A stretch of 63,773 nt of DNA, the filler included, from Asterionella formosa (Eukaryota): NCBI GenBank assembly GCA_002256025.1. It is 4 parts of 4 records of this genome, joined end to end, with 100 filler letters (N's around TTAATTAATTAA, not from the genome) between each part and the next. Parts side by side here need not be neighbours in the genome. Positions count along the whole stretch, not along the records: positions 47,951 to 63,773 come from NKIB01005244.1; 3 more parts are not named here. The stretch is one strand, 5' to 3'. Shown in pieces: positions 60,128-63,773 of the stretch. Under the pieces are notes generated by a model. That model did not search any database. It saw only the letters and a program-made list of their open reading frames with translations, and was not told the DNA's origin. Both the position numbers and the translations under genes were made by a program. Position 1 is the stretch's first letter, and each line of letters starts with the position of its first letter.

Positions 60128-63100
60128 CATGTAGAGACGGAACGGCAGCTCCACTGCCACTGCGGCTTTCCAATTCCCCCTTTTGCCGCAATCAGAACTG
60201 AATTTGATTCTGATTTCGCCAATACGAAACAATATACGACACGAGACACTCCACGGAGCGTAAGGTGCGACAACACGACGACGATGGTCGCATCACATCC
60301 CATCAAAACCGGAGGGAACCTTCCCATGCCGCAGAAAGAATACCTACAGGATCGTTTTGGCGCTTTCACGGATCAATCAACGAAAAAGGACACGCGATGG
60401 CGCGCAGATTCGTCTTATTCGCTCCTTCTTCCCTTTGCTCTTGAGAGCAACTGAGATCTGATGCTAACGGAATGAGTGCGTTGATTGGAAGACAGCAATA
60501 AGGTACAGCTGACGGGGAACGTGTCGTGGAGGAGATCAGTTTCTGTAACAACAAGACACCACGAGAAACTCGACGGCAAACAGCAGCAACAACAACAACA
60601 AAGCAACGTACCAGGTACTATTACCCCTACCGGTACACGTATCGCTATTTTCCAGTAGCTTTAGTTACTGCTGGTGTACTGGTACCCTGGTACCGTACTG
60701 CCTGTGTATCATACACGAGAGAACTCGAATCACACAGCTGTGGGTTCTTCGGCAGCATACCGGTACCAACCAGCTACCTGGTACCTGTATGCTGTAATCA
60801 TACCGCCGGTAGTATCTCATCCTCCGGCGCTCCGGAGTTTTCTAGCGACACATGGTTGTCTATGCACCTGGTACCAGGTACCAGGTACCCGGTACACCCT
60901 ACAGATTGCATCGCAGAAAATGCCTCCAAGTTGCCGTAATTTTGTTCAACGTACTACTTCGTTCCGGCAATACTGATTCCAATTCCTAATTAATATATGT
61001 GTCTCTTCTCGACATCCGCCCTTTTAATAAACCAATTCGAGCGGCTTGTTGTTCCTATATTTATTTAGCTTTATTCTGATTTAGCCTAAATATTGAGACC
61101 AATCTGGTTTGCTTATTCTGCCATTCATGTACTTTTCGTTCGTTTTGCTTACCGGTAATGTAGGACCGTTTTGCGCGCGAGCCATTAAAAGTTTCATACT
61201 TCTTTGATTTCTTAACGGCTGCCGAGTCGGGGAATATTTGTCGGTTTTGGGAATATGTACACGACGAAGAAGCAAAATTACCGCAACTTTCTGGGTACCA
61301 GGGGTACCGAGTAGAGTACCCGGTAGTATGATATGGAAGCTGTAGGTACACACAAAGGCGCGCCCTTTTCAGCTGCCGCATCCTACACACAGGAAGTGGA
61401 AAGACATACCACGATCTGTACGCTATATATTTTATGCCCCTTATTGCAAAAACGTCTGCAGGTAAAAAACATCTTATTCATGTGATGCATCTTGTGATGA
61501 TGATCATTTGATCGTGTATAATTTCGATATTTCAACTACTACTATTTATAACAATTATTGTCATTGAGAAAACAAACAAGTATATATACATGCATACATG
61601 TATTTATGATATGTTTACCAATAATTGCTCAATCAATCATAGACATTCATTACAAGCTTGTAATCGAAGTCCAAGGCACATCAACGTGCATGAGTCTTCA
61701 TCTTCTTTACAAGGTCTTTGGTTGCCACTGAAACATGTTGATAACATTGCTGCTGTACTAGTGCTTGATTGAATTTTCCAGAATCAACAATGATTGATTT
61801 CTTTGCAAGTGCTTTAATAGATCATTTTGGATTTGTTCGGAAATAACCAATGTTTAAAACAGAAACTTGGCAAGTGCTCTGGTTGGATTGATTCCTGACT
61901 GTTCTTACAACATGACTGACTTCTCATTGGTGTTACTTCTTCTTTTCGGAGAATGGAAAACAAAGATTTTTTGCAAGTCATTAAGAACAGCGCTGGAACT
62001 AGCTATCCATTGATAGCTACATATGCAATGATCAACTGGCACATCATTTTCTAGAAAATTGGTTGGTAAGCTACTTCGATTTGTGGTACGTGAAAATAGA
62101 ACGGGACAACAGGTTGTGGTATAAGCCAAAAAAGACAAACAATCAATTACTAGTACTATTAGTTGGACAACGAGCGAAAAAGATTTAAAAATGGATAAAT
62201 GCATGCGGACGACAAAGAATCGGAATAAACAAAGGAAATGGAGAAAGGCAGCAAGCAGTGAGATGACCTTCACGATTGTAGTAAGAGGGAAATTCAAGTG
62301 AAAGCAAACATTAGATGTACTAAGGCGAGGAGAGAAAAGAGGAGCATTGTGTTACTACATATAAGAAGACTTTCTAATTATACTAGCACGCACATCTAGT
62401 TCAAATACAATCAAATTGAACTTATTTTGAACAGTTATTTGATTAGAGTCACGATCATGCGAGGCTAGATGTATTATTAAAGGATACACAGCATTATATG
62501 GGTTTTTGTTGATGGATTATGTGTTGTTTTTAACGATTTTTTAATGGATCATGAGAAAAGAGTTAAAGAAACAATATAAGATTGATGATTTCCACAAGAA
62601 TTGTTGTTGTGTTTGCTGTAGATAGTAGCGTTTTGTTTTGTTTTAATTACGAATCAACCTCTCTTACCTCAATTATTTTTATGATGATTTTTTAACCTTG
62701 TTGAATCATTAATGATTAATTATGTACTTCTTCAAAGAAAAACCGACATTTAAAAAATGGTCTGTACAAAATGTACACACGAGAATTACTTCCACCCTAA
62801 GACAGAGAAATTCTTGTTACTATATGCGTACGATGCACACAAATTATGACTTACTATCAATTCATTTCAACCTCAACCAAATGATAAAATGTTGATGAAA
62901 TGATTGATGAATACTTAATAGGTAGCGATAAGTAGTGTCAGTACTACTTTATTCTGCTGACATTTGTTGATAACATTCAACAATGAAATTCTTCAGTTGG
63001 ATGCTTGAACCAAATTAATTCACTCATTCATTTCAATAACTAGCAATTCTTGAGAATCAAAATTTCAATATAAGACAAACTTCGATGTTAACATTGTAGT

Positions 63101-63773
63101 CTTTAGTAGATTTAAAAATACTGCTGCATCTACTAAGCCGCGAAATTCGTCACTTTTCGAAATTTCAGTTACGTAGGAGTGTTGATTATGTGGTACTACT
63201 TGACATGAAATACTGCCACTTTTCCCGTAAATAAGGTCATTTTAACGTGTTCATGTGAAGTTTTCACAATGAACTTTGAACTTGAGATTGAATTGCTTGA
63301 TAGCGTATTTCAAGTAATAATTCATTTCAAATTTCAACTAAGGTCCTGCTCTCGTGGCTTATTCATTTTCTCCACGCATCTTCATTTGTGAAATGGTAAG
63401 GATATTTGTGGTGTCATATTTCATGCATGGACAATCTACAGTTTATAGTTGTGCACTTCACGTAAAAAATATGGAATTTTATAATGAACAAGACTACTCT
63501 TCGATGTTTCATGTGATGGTTCAGAATCATACAGTTACTTCCAAGACAGAACTAGTTGATGTTACAACTACATGTTTTAAAAGTTCAAGATATTTTTTTA
63601 GAGGATAAATCATTGCGAAAGACACCTCAATTAAGAAGAAGTACAGAAGTACTACAAAGATTTATGGTGTCGATCATGTACTAAACCTCCTCTAAAGGCT
63701 TGAAGAAATGCACATTGTTCACCAGCAGACCAACATGTGCCAAATGTGTCCTGCTAACGTATGTAACATATGC

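Noticed and set aside
59873..61390. Short ORFs rich in CV/HT/C runs or VPGT/YQVP
   Set aside because: Translations of microsatellites and GGTACC palindromes, not proteins.
61450..63773. Genes in the AT-rich terminal region
   Set aside because: Only short, low-complexity ORFs with no recognisable domain.

Overview
Eukaryotic nuclear DNA, almost certainly from a diatom: short GT-AG introns, an ASAFAP bipartite plastid-targeting peptide and DUF6824 domains. There are three 100-nt scaffold gaps. About 17 protein genes are supported: a secreted beta-propeller protein of bacterial type, a tandem-DUF6824 protein, bZIP and AP2 transcription factors, a CRAL-TRIO protein, a K+-dependent V-type H+-PPase, an Mx-like dynamin, SWI3/SMARCC, a sphingolipid delta-4 desaturase, two inverted TauE/SafE paralogs, TSR1, a PH-like protein, a plastid protein, a GT47 exostosin, mitochondrial mS33 and an FG-GAP membrane protein. 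Several transposon remnants lie between them. The most unusual signals are: (1) a Mutator-like transposase whose DDE catalytic core appears split between two convergent genes, each with its own N-terminus; (2) an Mx-like dynamin with a MATH/TRAF-like domain inserted in its stalk and one in-frame TAA; (3) a CpG-depleted, bacterial-type surface protein with a eukaryotic signal-peptide exon; (4) a cluster of tRNA-derived SINE-like copies; (5) two long-inverted-repeat non-autonomous elements; (6) abundant intergenic GGTACC-centred palindromes. All domain calls come from recognising motifs by eye; no database search was run.
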